A stretch of DNA of 35,360 nt from Bdellovibrionales bacterium (GTDB lineage Bacteria; Bdellovibrionota; Bdellovibrionia; Bdellovibrionales; UBA840), in assembly GCA_037969075.1 (NCBI GenBank), contig JBBKWS010000103.1, forward strand, positions 1-35,360, read 5' to 3'. The notes under the pieces are model-generated. The model did no database searches and had not been told where the DNA came from. It saw only the letters and a program-made list of their open reading frames with translations. Of the stretch, positions 27,175 to 35,360 are shown one piece after another. How positions within the stretch are numbered: position 1 is the first letter of the stretch; the number at the start of each line of letters is the position of its first letter. Both the position numbers and the translations under genes were made by a program.

Positions 27175-29153
27175 ATTGGCGCGTAAGTACCCCTCAAGAC
27201 GAAGTCAAAGAATATATAGATAGATATAAATTTATATACATCCTACTTGCCGTCACTTTAGGAATATTTTTAATGCGGCTTTGGTATTTGCAAATCTTTA
27301 AGGGAACTGAGTTTCGCTATTATTCAGAACAAAACTTGATCAAGTTTCAAAAAATGATGGCCCCACGAGGTCGCATTCTCGACCGCAATGGTGTTGTTTT
27401 AGTTGATAATTACCCAGGGTTTGAAGCAACGATTACCCCGCAATATGTACAAGACTTAGAGGGAACCGCACTTGCAGTGTCTAAAATTTTAAATATCCCT
27501 GATAAACATATCGTACGCCTTGTACAAAAAGGTGCAAAGGAAGAAGGAAGATATAGATCTGTACGCATCAAAGAAAATCTAACTCGTGATGAAGTGGCAA
27601 GGGTGGAGAGAATTCGTTTGGACTACCCAGGCCTTGATGTGAACATGTTTATTAAACGCTCTTACCCCTACCACGAAATTGGCGCACAGCTTTTAGGATA
27701 TGTTGCAGAGATTTCTAGATCTCAACTACCTATCTTAAACCGAAATCGGCCCGATGATAAACGCTTCAAGCAAGGTGACATACTAGGTAAATCAGGGATT
27801 GAGCAAACATACGATGATGGCTTAAGGGGCGTTGACGGGCTAAGCTTCGTACAAGTGGATGCAAGAGGAAGAATTGCCAATATAAAAGATAGCGGTCTAT
27901 TAACTGCCCTACCATCAAAGCAAGAGCCTACACCTGGTAATAACCTTCGATTAACCATCGATGCTGACTTACAAAATGCCGCTTATAAAGCCTTTCAAGA
28001 TAAAGAGTTTATTGGTGGTCTTGTTGCTATTGACCCTAATAATGGTGAAATTTTATCTTGGATCAGCGCACCCTCCTATGATCCAAATACTTTTTCGACT
28101 GGTATCTCGCAAAAATTATGGGCCGAGTTAACCAATGATCCTTTCAAGCCATTAAGAAATAAAGTGATCCAAGACCACTACGCCCCAGGGTCTACCTTTA
28201 AAACATTTGTTGCCCTAGCGGCCTTACAGGAAAAAATCATAACTCCCAACACTACTGAATACTGTCCTGGTTATATAAAGTTCGGTAAAAAACTATATCA
28301 TTGTTGGTCAAGATCAGGCCACGGCAACGTTAATATTTATCAAGCATTAGAACAATCCTGTAACGTATTTTTTTATAAACTTGGTATAAAACTAGGAATT
28401 GATAATATAGCAAAGTACGCCTCCGCTCTTGGCATTGGCAAAAAGACCAATGTTGAAGTTAAAAACGAAGTCTCTGGCCTTATGCCAACCACTAAGTGGA
28501 AAGAAGACCAGTTGGGAGAACCTTGGCAGCCTGGAGAAAATTTAAGTAATGCCATTGGACAAGGCTTCGTCTTAACTACCCCACTACAGTTAGCCTTAGC
28601 TTATGGAAGCATTGGCGCTGAAGGCCCTTACTATAAACCCCATATTATACGCGAAGTTCTTGATGCTGACGAGAAATTGGTTCGTGAAGTGAAGCCTGAG
28701 CTTTTAATGGACTCCTCACAACCAGGACCAGATGGAAAACCTTTGATTTCTAAAAGTACTTTTAAAATTATCAAAGACTCTTTATTTAAGGTTACGAACG
28801 GCGAGAGAGGAACTGCGAAGTGGTATAAGATTCCAGGCGTAGAATACGCTGGAAAAACCGGTACCGTGCAAAACTTCGGCTTATCTGCAGATCAGATCTA
28901 TACCAAATGCGAAACCAGACCCCTTAGACAAAGACATCATGGTTGGTTTGTGGCCTATGCCCCGGCGGATAACCCCAAGATTGCCGTTGCCGTTCTTGCA
29001 GAACACGCTTGTCATGGTTCAAGTGCTGCTCCAGTTGTCAGAGATGTAATGCTGGCTTATTTTAAAAAATATCACCCCGAATTACTTGAAACGAAGGAGC
29101 TCAATAAAATTGTTGTTCCTAAGGCTACGCCTCAGCCCAACATTGAGGAATAG
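27171..29153 (+). CDS. mrdA: Penicillin-binding protein 2
   Basis: APRGRILDRNG; RSYP; SxxK (STFK), SxN (SCN) and KTG motifs. ATG 27171 overlaps the mreD stop. Confidence 0.96.
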   Translation: MNWRVSTPQDEVKEYIDRYKFIYILLAVTLGIFLMRLWYLQIFKGTEFRYYSEQNLIKFQKMMAPRGRILDRNGVVLVDNYPGFEATITPQYVQDLEGTALAVSKILNIPDKHIVRLVQKGAKEEGRYRSVRIKENLTRDEVARVERIRLDYPGLDVNMFIKRSYPYHEIGAQLLGYVAEISRSQLPILNRNRPDDKRFKQGDILGKSGIEQTYDDGLRGVDGLSFVQVDARGRIANIKDSGLLTALPSKQEPTPGNNLRLTIDADLQNAAYKAFQDKEFIGGLVAIDPNNGEILSWISAPSYDPNTFSTGISQKLWAELTNDPFKPLRNKVIQDHYAPGSTFKTFVALAALQEKIITPNTTEYCPGYIKFGKKLYHCWSRSGHGNVNIYQALEQSCNVFFYKLGIKLGIDNIAKYASALGIGKKTNVEVKNEVSGLMPTTKWKEDQLGEPWQPGENLSNAIGQGFVLTTPLQLALAYGSIGAEGPYYKPHIIREVLDADEKLVREVKPELLMDSSQPGPDGKPLISKSTFKIIKDSLFKVTNGERGTAKWYKIPGVEYAGKTGTVQNFGLSADQIYTKCETRPLRQRHHGWFVAYAPADNPKIAVAVLAEHACHGSSAAPVVRDVMLAYFKKYHPELLETKELNKIVVPKATPQPNIEE

Positions 29154-29161
29154 GAATACAT

Positions 29162-30265
29162 ATGCAAATAGAATCCAGAACAATCTTTAAACGCTTTGAC
29201 ATTAACTTTGCACTCATTATTTTGGCTCTCAACATTATTGGCCTAATTAATGTTTACAGTGCTACCCATGATCACGGAGAGTTTAGTCGCACCTTCGCAA
29301 TGCAAGTGATTTGGGTCATATTAGGTTGGATATTTTTTTTAGCACTGAGTTTTATGGACTATAAGTTTTTAAGTAAGCTCGCAATTCCTTTCTGGCTCTT
29401 TAATATTGTTATGCTAATCCTCGTAACCTTTAAGGGGAAAACCGTTTATGGTGCTAAAAGATGGTTAGACTTAGGCTTTTTTGCTTACCAACCTTCTGAA
29501 ACCATGAAGTTAGCTATGGTTTTAATTTTAGCGACCATCTTACAAAAAAAGAATTCATTACAGGGTTTAGGCTTTAGAGACTTGATTGTCCCGATGTTTT
29601 TTACCGCTATACCATTTTTAATCATCGTTAAACAACCAGATCTTGGAACAGGAATCATGTTAGCAGCTATTTCTGTGAGCATGGTGTTTTTTGCAAAAAT
29701 TCGCAAAGGTCCCCTTATCACCGCCATTGTTGCTGTGATGATCGCCCTGCCGGCGGTGTGGTCCTTTGGCTTAAAGCCCTATCAAAAGGATCGCGTATTT
29801 ACTTTCTTAGATCCAGGTAGAGATCCAAGAGGTGCGGGCTATAACAGTATCCAATCAAAAATTGCAGTGGGAAGCGGAGAAACTTTTGGCAAAGGTTTTT
29901 TAAAAGGAACACAGGCTCAGTTTGATTTTTTACCTGAACGACATACAGATTTTATCTATAGTGTATTGAGTGAAGAGCATGGATTTATTGGCAGTGTCTT
30001 CACTCTAATCTTATTTATGGTCTTATTTATCATGTGTATTCGAATCGCTAGTAATGCCAGAGATAAGTTTGGCGCCCTACTTGTTATAGGGTTTTCTAGT
30101 TATATCTTTTGGCATATGTTTGTAAATATAGGAATGGTTTGCGGTCTTCTACCCATTGTGGGCGTACCATTACCATTAATATCTTACGGTGGCACTGGAA
30201 TGCTCTCGATTATGATTGGTCTTGGTGCCATTTCTTCTGTTTCGTACAGACGCTATTTATTTTAA
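29162..30265 (+). CDS. rodA: SEDS peptidoglycan glycosyltransferase RodA
   Basis: GAKRW; QPSE; QPDLG; LPERHTDFI; GVPLPLISYGG. Confidence 0.96.
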   Translation: MQIESRTIFKRFDINFALIILALNIIGLINVYSATHDHGEFSRTFAMQVIWVILGWIFFLALSFMDYKFLSKLAIPFWLFNIVMLILVTFKGKTVYGAKRWLDLGFFAYQPSETMKLAMVLILATILQKKNSLQGLGFRDLIVPMFFTAIPFLIIVKQPDLGTGIMLAAISVSMVFFAKIRKGPLITAIVAVMIALPAVWSFGLKPYQKDRVFTFLDPGRDPRGAGYNSIQSKIAVGSGETFGKGFLKGTQAQFDFLPERHTDFIYSVLSEEHGFIGSVFTLILFMVLFIMCIRIASNARDKFGALLVIGFSSYIFWHMFVNIGMVCGLLPIVGVPLPLISYGGTGMLSIMIGLGAISSVSYRRYLF

Positions 30266-30801
30266 TATAAAAGAGATCTTTTTTTACTAAATAGCGTGAG
30301 CAATATAATCCCTACGGCCACAAAATACCATGTGGCCAAATAACTTGGCGACATAAATATTTCTGCATTAGCAGCATCAGGCCTTCTCATCACTACAAAT
30401 ACCAATAGGTACACTAATGGCGGAAGTGCTATGCTAACCATTGGCTTTGAGCGAAGCACTTGCATTTCAGCACGACTTAATACAAACACACTTATAACTG
30501 AAGAAGCTCCAATAAAAATACTAGCGCAAAGCGCGGCACAAGCCCAATCCCCATAAGCCATTACAGAATGAATAAAATGATATCCCTTTATTTCTACAAG
30601 GCTAACGCCAAATTGTGGACAAACAAATAACGTGGCGACTCCTGCCACCATTTGACTTAGAATAAATTTTTGAAATGTAATAGAAAACGCTGGCTCTAAA
30701 TCTTTTTTAATTTGTAGTAGTACCTTTGAAGTAAGAGATGCTGGAGCTCTAACATTTGTGTTCATAAAATCTGTAAATTGTGCAAACCACTTACGCTTCA
30801 T
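30262..30801 (-). CDS. Probable membrane-bound anti-sigma factor
   Basis: Overlaps the 3' end of the ECF sigma gene; short soluble N-terminus plus about four TM helices; Cys in CPQFG and CAALC. Confidence 0.65.
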   Translation of the reverse strand: MKRKWFAQFTDFMNTNVRAPASLTSKVLLQIKKDLEPAFSITFQKFILSQMVAGVATLFVCPQFGVSLVEIKGYHFIHSVMAYGDWACAALCASIFIGASSVISVFVLSRAEMQVLRSKPMVSIALPPLVYLLVFVVMRRPDAANAEIFMSPSYLATWYFVAVGIILLTLFSKKRSLLY

Positions 30802-31321
30802 TTTTATCTCCCAAAATCAAACCTCTTAATTTAATTACTCCCCTACTTACTATTTTTCTAACATTGGATTCTTTTATATTTAATTTCTTGGCTATGTCTT
30901 CAAAATCCAATTCTTCTAGATATCTAAGCTCTACCATTTGTCTATAGTTTTCAGGTAGTTTTTGTATCATTGCCTTTATATCTAAGTCCTGATCACCCGC
31001 ATCTACTTCTCTCTCTTGTCCATCTAATAAAAACTCAATATTTTCGACAGCTACATCTTTTTTACGTCTGTACCAGTCAATCAAGATATTCCTGGTAATC
31101 ACAAACAACCACGGTGCAAACAACAGCTCTGGATTGTATTTATCTCTATTTTCATGGACCTTTAAAAACACCTTTTGAAATAAGTCCTCAACTGCATCGT
31201 TCCTTTGTAGCCGCTTTCTAAGATAAGCATACACTTTTGAGGTATACCTATTATAGAGCTCCTCAAAAGCCCCCAAATCACCATCTTGGTACAGCACCAT
31301 CAATTTTTCATCAGTTTGCAA
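30791..31321 (-). CDS. ECF-family RNA polymerase sigma factor
   Basis: GDLGAFEELY; EDLFQKVFLK; FAPWLFVITRN; region 4 LPENYRQMVELRYLEELDFEDIA; 176 aa. Confidence 0.93.
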   Translation of the reverse strand: MQTDEKLMVLYQDGDLGAFEELYNRYTSKVYAYLRKRLQRNDAVEDLFQKVFLKVHENRDKYNPELLFAPWLFVITRNILIDWYRRKKDVAVENIEFLLDGQEREVDAGDQDLDIKAMIQKLPENYRQMVELRYLEELDFEDIAKKLNIKESNVRKIVSRGVIKLRGLILGDKNEA

Positions 31322-31344
31322 ACGTTCATCCTGTTAGTAGTAGT

Positions 31345-31371
31345 TACGAAATGACTTAATGTTTTGTGACA
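31345..31371 (-). promoter_or_regulatory. Candidate ECF autoregulatory promoter
   Basis: Minus strand TGTCACA-N16-CGTA, 23 nt upstream of the sigma start codon. Confidence 0.65.
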
Positions 31372-31508
31372 AATCACAGGATTAATTTTAGCCCGTATAA
31401 TGGGTAGAAACAACACGGGAATACCTTAATATATACAACTACTTACACCATCTAGACTAACTCATTCAGTGCGTATTGTATCAAAGAATCTGTAGATGAA
31501 TAAGATCA

Positions 31509-31537
31509 CAAAGCAAACCCACAATAACGATTGTGGG
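31509..31537 (-). terminator. Probable terminator after S8 peptidase gene
   Basis: Hairpin CCCACAAT-cgtt-ATTGTGGG followed by TTTGCTTTG on the minus strand. Confidence 0.6.
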
Positions 31538-31553
31538 CCGCTGATTATTATAT

Positions 31554-33026
31554 TTATTCTGCTGCTTGCGCTGCCTTAACTGCTGCGTACACATCGATAA
31601 TTCCATACCCAAACGTGTTGTTAGGAACGGCATTAACATCTTCACCGCAAGATACACTTGCTGCAGTTGCTCTTGCCGTTTGATATATCAAATCTCTAGT
31701 TTTTGCCACTTGCCCAATTAACTTAGGATTTGCTGACCACATAAGTGCAACTTGTCCAGCCACATGAGGACCTGCCATTGAAGTTCCACTCCAGCCAAAT
31801 TGCGCGTAGCCGCCTCCCGGAATAGATGACCTAATATTTACACCAGGAGCTGCAACACCAGGCCCAATGGCTCCATCGAACCTTGAAGGACCGCGACTAG
31901 AGAAGCTAGCAATCTGTCCTGTTTGATGATTCATAGCCCCTACTGATAATGTATTCGCTGAGTTATGTGCTGGAGCATCTTGGATGGTACCACAACCAGA
32001 ACCAGAGTTACCCGCAGAAACCACAACCATTATGCCTGACTCTTCAAGAGCATTAAGAACAGGAATAAATTCATCCCCTTCACAGCCTTCACTTGGCGGA
32101 CAACCCCAAGAGTTATTAATTACATGTGGCGCCTTTGATGTATCACCATCAGTCATTGCATTTCCACCAATTGGATACGGAGCTAAAAAGAATTCAAAGC
32201 ACTCAATATAAGTTGCCGGTGTTCCATCGCCTGCATCCATATTTCTACAAGCAACCCACTTTGCATCAGGCGCTAAGCCGATTTGGTTATTTGCTCCATC
32301 TGATCCAACAATAGTACCCATTGTGTGGCTTCCATGCTGATTGTCGTCACAAGGAATCGCAAGATTACTCCCACAAGAGTTGCTGCCACGATTAGAATGT
32401 ATTGAATCATGCCAGTTGTAATTGTGGTCCACACCAGTAGTCATTGATCCGCGGTATTGATTGATTAAAGCAGGATGATTCCATTGTACACCGGTGTCTT
32501 GTCCAGCAACAACGATACCTTTTCCTTTAACACCAAGCTCATTCCAAACTCTTTCGGCCTTCACATAAGTAATGCTAGATTCGATCGTAGTAATTGATTC
32601 AATCATTTTAGCAAGACTTGGTTTTAAATCATCATGTTTAATGGATGGATTATAAGATACCTTTCTTACATCTTCTCTCATTGATAATTCATGGATCAAA
32701 TTGCTGTCCGCAGAATCAATAGCGATTACGTTAGTTACATAAAAGGCTTTATAAAAAATATTTTTAGTATCTAAAAATGCTTTAATTGCTACTTGTGATT
32801 GAAGCGCTGTCGATCTTAATAAGTCGTAGACCTGTTTGTGCTTTTCAGTAATTGGTAAGTCTGCAGAAATTGTATTTAAATCAGCAACTTCTTTCATATA
32901 TACCAGCACTGGTATTTCAACAAATTCCTTCGCAGCCATTTTATCTTGTAAATGGGGTTGTATTTTAGTTGTAATCCCTTGTGCAGCCATCACCGTCGAT
33001 GTGATGAGTAAAATTAGTATGTTCAT
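31554..33026 (-). CDS. Secreted subtilisin-family (S8) serine protease with prodomain
   Basis: Catalytic triad DTG, HGSHTMGT and GTSMAGPHVAG; SAGN oxyanion hole; signal peptide; RBS GGAGG. Confidence 0.95.
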   Translation of the reverse strand: MNILILLITSTVMAAQGITTKIQPHLQDKMAAKEFVEIPVLVYMKEVADLNTISADLPITEKHKQVYDLLRSTALQSQVAIKAFLDTKNIFYKAFYVTNVIAIDSADSNLIHELSMREDVRKVSYNPSIKHDDLKPSLAKMIESITTIESSITYVKAERVWNELGVKGKGIVVAGQDTGVQWNHPALINQYRGSMTTGVDHNYNWHDSIHSNRGSNSCGSNLAIPCDDNQHGSHTMGTIVGSDGANNQIGLAPDAKWVACRNMDAGDGTPATYIECFEFFLAPYPIGGNAMTDGDTSKAPHVINNSWGCPPSEGCEGDEFIPVLNALEESGIMVVVSAGNSGSGCGTIQDAPAHNSANTLSVGAMNHQTGQIASFSSRGPSRFDGAIGPGVAAPGVNIRSSIPGGGYAQFGWSGTSMAGPHVAGQVALMWSANPKLIGQVAKTRDLIYQTARATAASVSCGEDVNAVPNNTFGYGIIDVYAAVKAAQAAE

Positions 33027-33171
33027 AATCCCTCCGTGTACTAAAATTAAATGTCAGCATTTTGCTTTGTGCAATAGATGTTCTAATCGCAGGGCGTCTG
33101 AAATTCTTACATTACCTGAAATCAACAAAGAATCTTTTGTCTAATCAATTTAGAATGAATAAGACTAGGTT

Positions 33172-34104
33172 ATGTCTACGATAATTATTATTCTATGTAA
33201 GCTGCTGGTATACTCTTCATTCGGAGATAGTACCCCATTAGGTCAAAAAGATTTCTTACATGCCCTTACAAATACACAAGCATCTAAACACGCAAGTGTC
33301 GAAATTAAAAAGTATAACTATTTATTTATCGCTGGTTTCTTAAATGAGTTCTTACCAGCTTACTTCTATGAAAACGCTGCATACTTACAAAACGCAGGTC
33401 TTCCTACAGAGCAAATTCATATTTATTACCCACCATCCAACGGAAGTTTATATCAAAATGCTGATGCCATCGCAGCAGAACTAAAAAGACTTAGCAAAAA
33501 TTCTCAAAAACCCTGGATTATTATCGCTCATAGTAAAGGAGGCTTTGAAGCACTGTTATTTGCTAGCAAACATACAAGCCTTTTTTTAGAATCCGTTAAG
33601 AGACTTTATATTGTGCAGGCAGCCTTTGGAAGCCCCGTATCTGATTATGCAAATGGAGAAGGGCAAGCAATTGACTCAAATTTAGGATTGATAGCTACAT
33701 GGAACTGTAATTTTGCACTTGGGGTTAGGCATTTACTAGATAGTAAAATCAACCGGGGAATTTATGCCCTAACCACAAATCAGGCACAAAAAACACTTAG
33801 GCATATGTGGCAATATTACAGCGGTAATATAAAAAAAGTGAAATCCAAAATCTTTTACACAGTCAGTAAAAGTGAAGCTTATAAAACCTCATATTTGCTC
33901 TATTGCCCAAGCCACTACTTAGAAACGTATTACTCAGAAAATGATGGCCTTATTTTACATGATGAGCAGTGGGTTCCTGACACTGGTACTTTATGGGCAG
34001 ATCTTGAAATTGATCATACCGATACTTTTTTGTCTTTTCCAATAAGTAATACCTTCTCTAATTATCGAAATGCCTTTATGAAACTCTTAATTGAAGATCT
34101 TTAG
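33172..34104 (+). CDS. Alpha/beta hydrolase (lipase/esterase-like)
   Basis: Nucleophile elbow AHSKGG; NDG acid; DH late histidine. Confidence 0.8.
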   Translation: MSTIIIILCKLLVYSSFGDSTPLGQKDFLHALTNTQASKHASVEIKKYNYLFIAGFLNEFLPAYFYENAAYLQNAGLPTEQIHIYYPPSNGSLYQNADAIAAELKRLSKNSQKPWIIIAHSKGGFEALLFASKHTSLFLESVKRLYIVQAAFGSPVSDYANGEGQAIDSNLGLIATWNCNFALGVRHLLDSKINRGIYALTTNQAQKTLRHMWQYYSGNIKKVKSKIFYTVSKSEAYKTSYLLYCPSHYLETYYSENDGLILHDEQWVPDTGTLWADLEIDHTDTFLSFPISNTFSNYRNAFMKLLIEDL

Positions 34105-35210
34105 AACCTATCAACATCATAATCAATAGGCGTGGTATCCGCGTCAGCTTCTACAGTAAAAGAAATCCTTCCAATCTCTCTACCATCACCAGTACTAATA
34201 ATTACTTTCCAATCACCCAATTGATAGTTTTTCTTGACCCCGTAGCCTCTAAAGCCCTCGGCCCTTCCTCCGCTAATCGTAAGAGGGATTGCATCCCACT
34301 TTACCCATCCTTGCTTTGGATCATCAAAATACCAGTTTATAAGAATACGGTCCCTGATACTAATCGGCGAAAAAATTGTGGCAAATGCTATAACTTCGTC
34401 CCCAGGGCGCGCCAAAAATGTCTGCGCACCATTTTGCCAAAACTTCCAGCCAGGACGATGATATGACAATAAGTACTCTCCGTTCACCTTTTCTACTTTA
34501 TGATAAATACCAATATATTGAAGGGACAATGGCACAGGAGGCACCAAACCTAAGCCATATAAGTTTGTATACATAATAAAGGTAATAAGGGCCGGGTACA
34601 TAAAAACAAACTTCAATTTTTTAATAAGTTCTTCTGATTGTCTTCGCTTTATAATTACAAACATACCATAGGTCACTAGAAGTCCTAAAATCATAGAGAG
34701 AAAAAATGGCACCCAGCTCACAACTCCAAATACTAGAGGTAGATAAACTGCAAAAAAACTTCCTACACATAAAGAAAATAAAACAGTTCTTAAACGCAAA
34801 CCTAAACTTTGGATATAAGGTATTTCGTTTAAGATTAACAACGCTAAAATAATGGCGATAAATACAAACGATGCTAAAAGGGATGCGCTCTTTAAAAAGA
34901 ATAGTGTGTAGACACTTAATAAACTTCCTAATAAGAAGTGTACGATCAATACTTTGTATTTCCAGACCTTTTTCCATCTCTCAGAAAAAACCCTACCCAA
35001 AACCTCTTCTTGAATCTCTAGACTTAAAAAAGTTCCCAAAAGAATCAAGTAGGCAACTTGTTGCAATATATTTAGAAGGTCATCCACATTGCCCAGGGTA
35101 AAAATATCAAAAAAGAATCCACTTAAAAAAACACCTATATCAAAGTATTTTTGATGTTTTTCGTAATATGACTTTGCCCTTTGGACTCTTTCCCCTAATA
35201 CCATAATCAT
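34101..35210 (-). CDS. Multi-TM membrane protein with C-terminal DUF2914-like domain
   Basis: About seven TM helices, then PPVPL and a C-terminal GGRAEGFRGY...GDWKV...GREIGR domain. Alternative start at ATG 35204. Confidence 0.75.
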   Translation of the reverse strand: MIMVLGERVQRAKSYYEKHQKYFDIGVFLSGFFFDIFTLGNVDDLLNILQQVAYLILLGTFLSLEIQEEVLGRVFSERWKKVWKYKVLIVHFLLGSLLSVYTLFFLKSASLLASFVFIAIILALLILNEIPYIQSLGLRLRTVLFSLCVGSFFAVYLPLVFGVVSWVPFFLSMILGLLVTYGMFVIIKRRQSEELIKKLKFVFMYPALITFIMYTNLYGLGLVPPVPLSLQYIGIYHKVEKVNGEYLLSYHRPGWKFWQNGAQTFLARPGDEVIAFATIFSPISIRDRILINWYFDDPKQGWVKWDAIPLTISGGRAEGFRGYGVKKNYQLGDWKVIISTGDGREIGRISFTVEADADTTPIDYDVDRF

Positions 35211-35333
35211 CCTCTATAATTATATAGTATGAAGAACTTACGTCGAAAGGGAAATGATTTTCTAAAATGCATATACCGCAATTCAAAAGAGCGTCCTTGC
35301 GTTGTATTTAGATTACAGGTAAGCCTAAAAGCG

Positions 35334-35360
35334 ATGAAACTATATTTGGCACCTATGGAC
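35334..35360 (+). CDS. 5' end of probable tRNA-dihydrouridine synthase (Dus family), partial
   Basis: ATG AAA CTA TAT TTG GCA CCT ATG GAC gives MKLYLAPMD, like the N-terminal LAPM(E/D)G motif of Dus enzymes. Only 9 codons are visible. Confidence 0.5.

Noticed and set aside
31405..31417. TAGAAACAACACG resembling the inner flank of the left inverted-repeat arm
   Set aside because: The match is short and low-complexity and does not extend into the GGCCYACAATCG core.

Overview
AT-rich bacterial chromosomal segment. Gene content and order suggest Bdellovibrionota or a related delta-proteobacterial lineage (inference). In order it holds: the distal part of a type II secretion operon (3' end of gspE, gspF-G-H-I-J-K, a PilM-like gspL, gspM, gspN); a secreted hypothetical; ssb; an unusual secreted protein (Ig-like domains, ten C-x12-C repeats, Pro/Arg tandem repeats) preceded by a sigma54-type -24/-12 box; a convergent secreted hypothetical; lysA; a 59-aa rpmG missed by the ORF track; a 167-bp intergenic element with perfect 21-bp terminal inverted repeats; a mutL-miaA-aspartoacylase operon; several envelope hypotheticals; dut, GNAT, pyrD, gloB, a thioesterase and a PpiD/SurA-like foldase; mreC-mreD-pbp2-rodA with no mreB; an ECF sigma/anti-sigma pair with a candidate autoregulatory promoter; an S8 protease; an alpha/beta hydrolase; a DUF2914-like membrane protein; and the first codons of a probable dus gene. 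No rRNA, tRNA, CRISPR array, transposase or prophage gene was seen. The best leads are the Cys-repeat/Pro-repeat protein, the inverted-repeat element (with a related motif near 31.5 kb) and a recurring leaderless-mRNA signature. All calls were made by eye from motifs; no searches were run.
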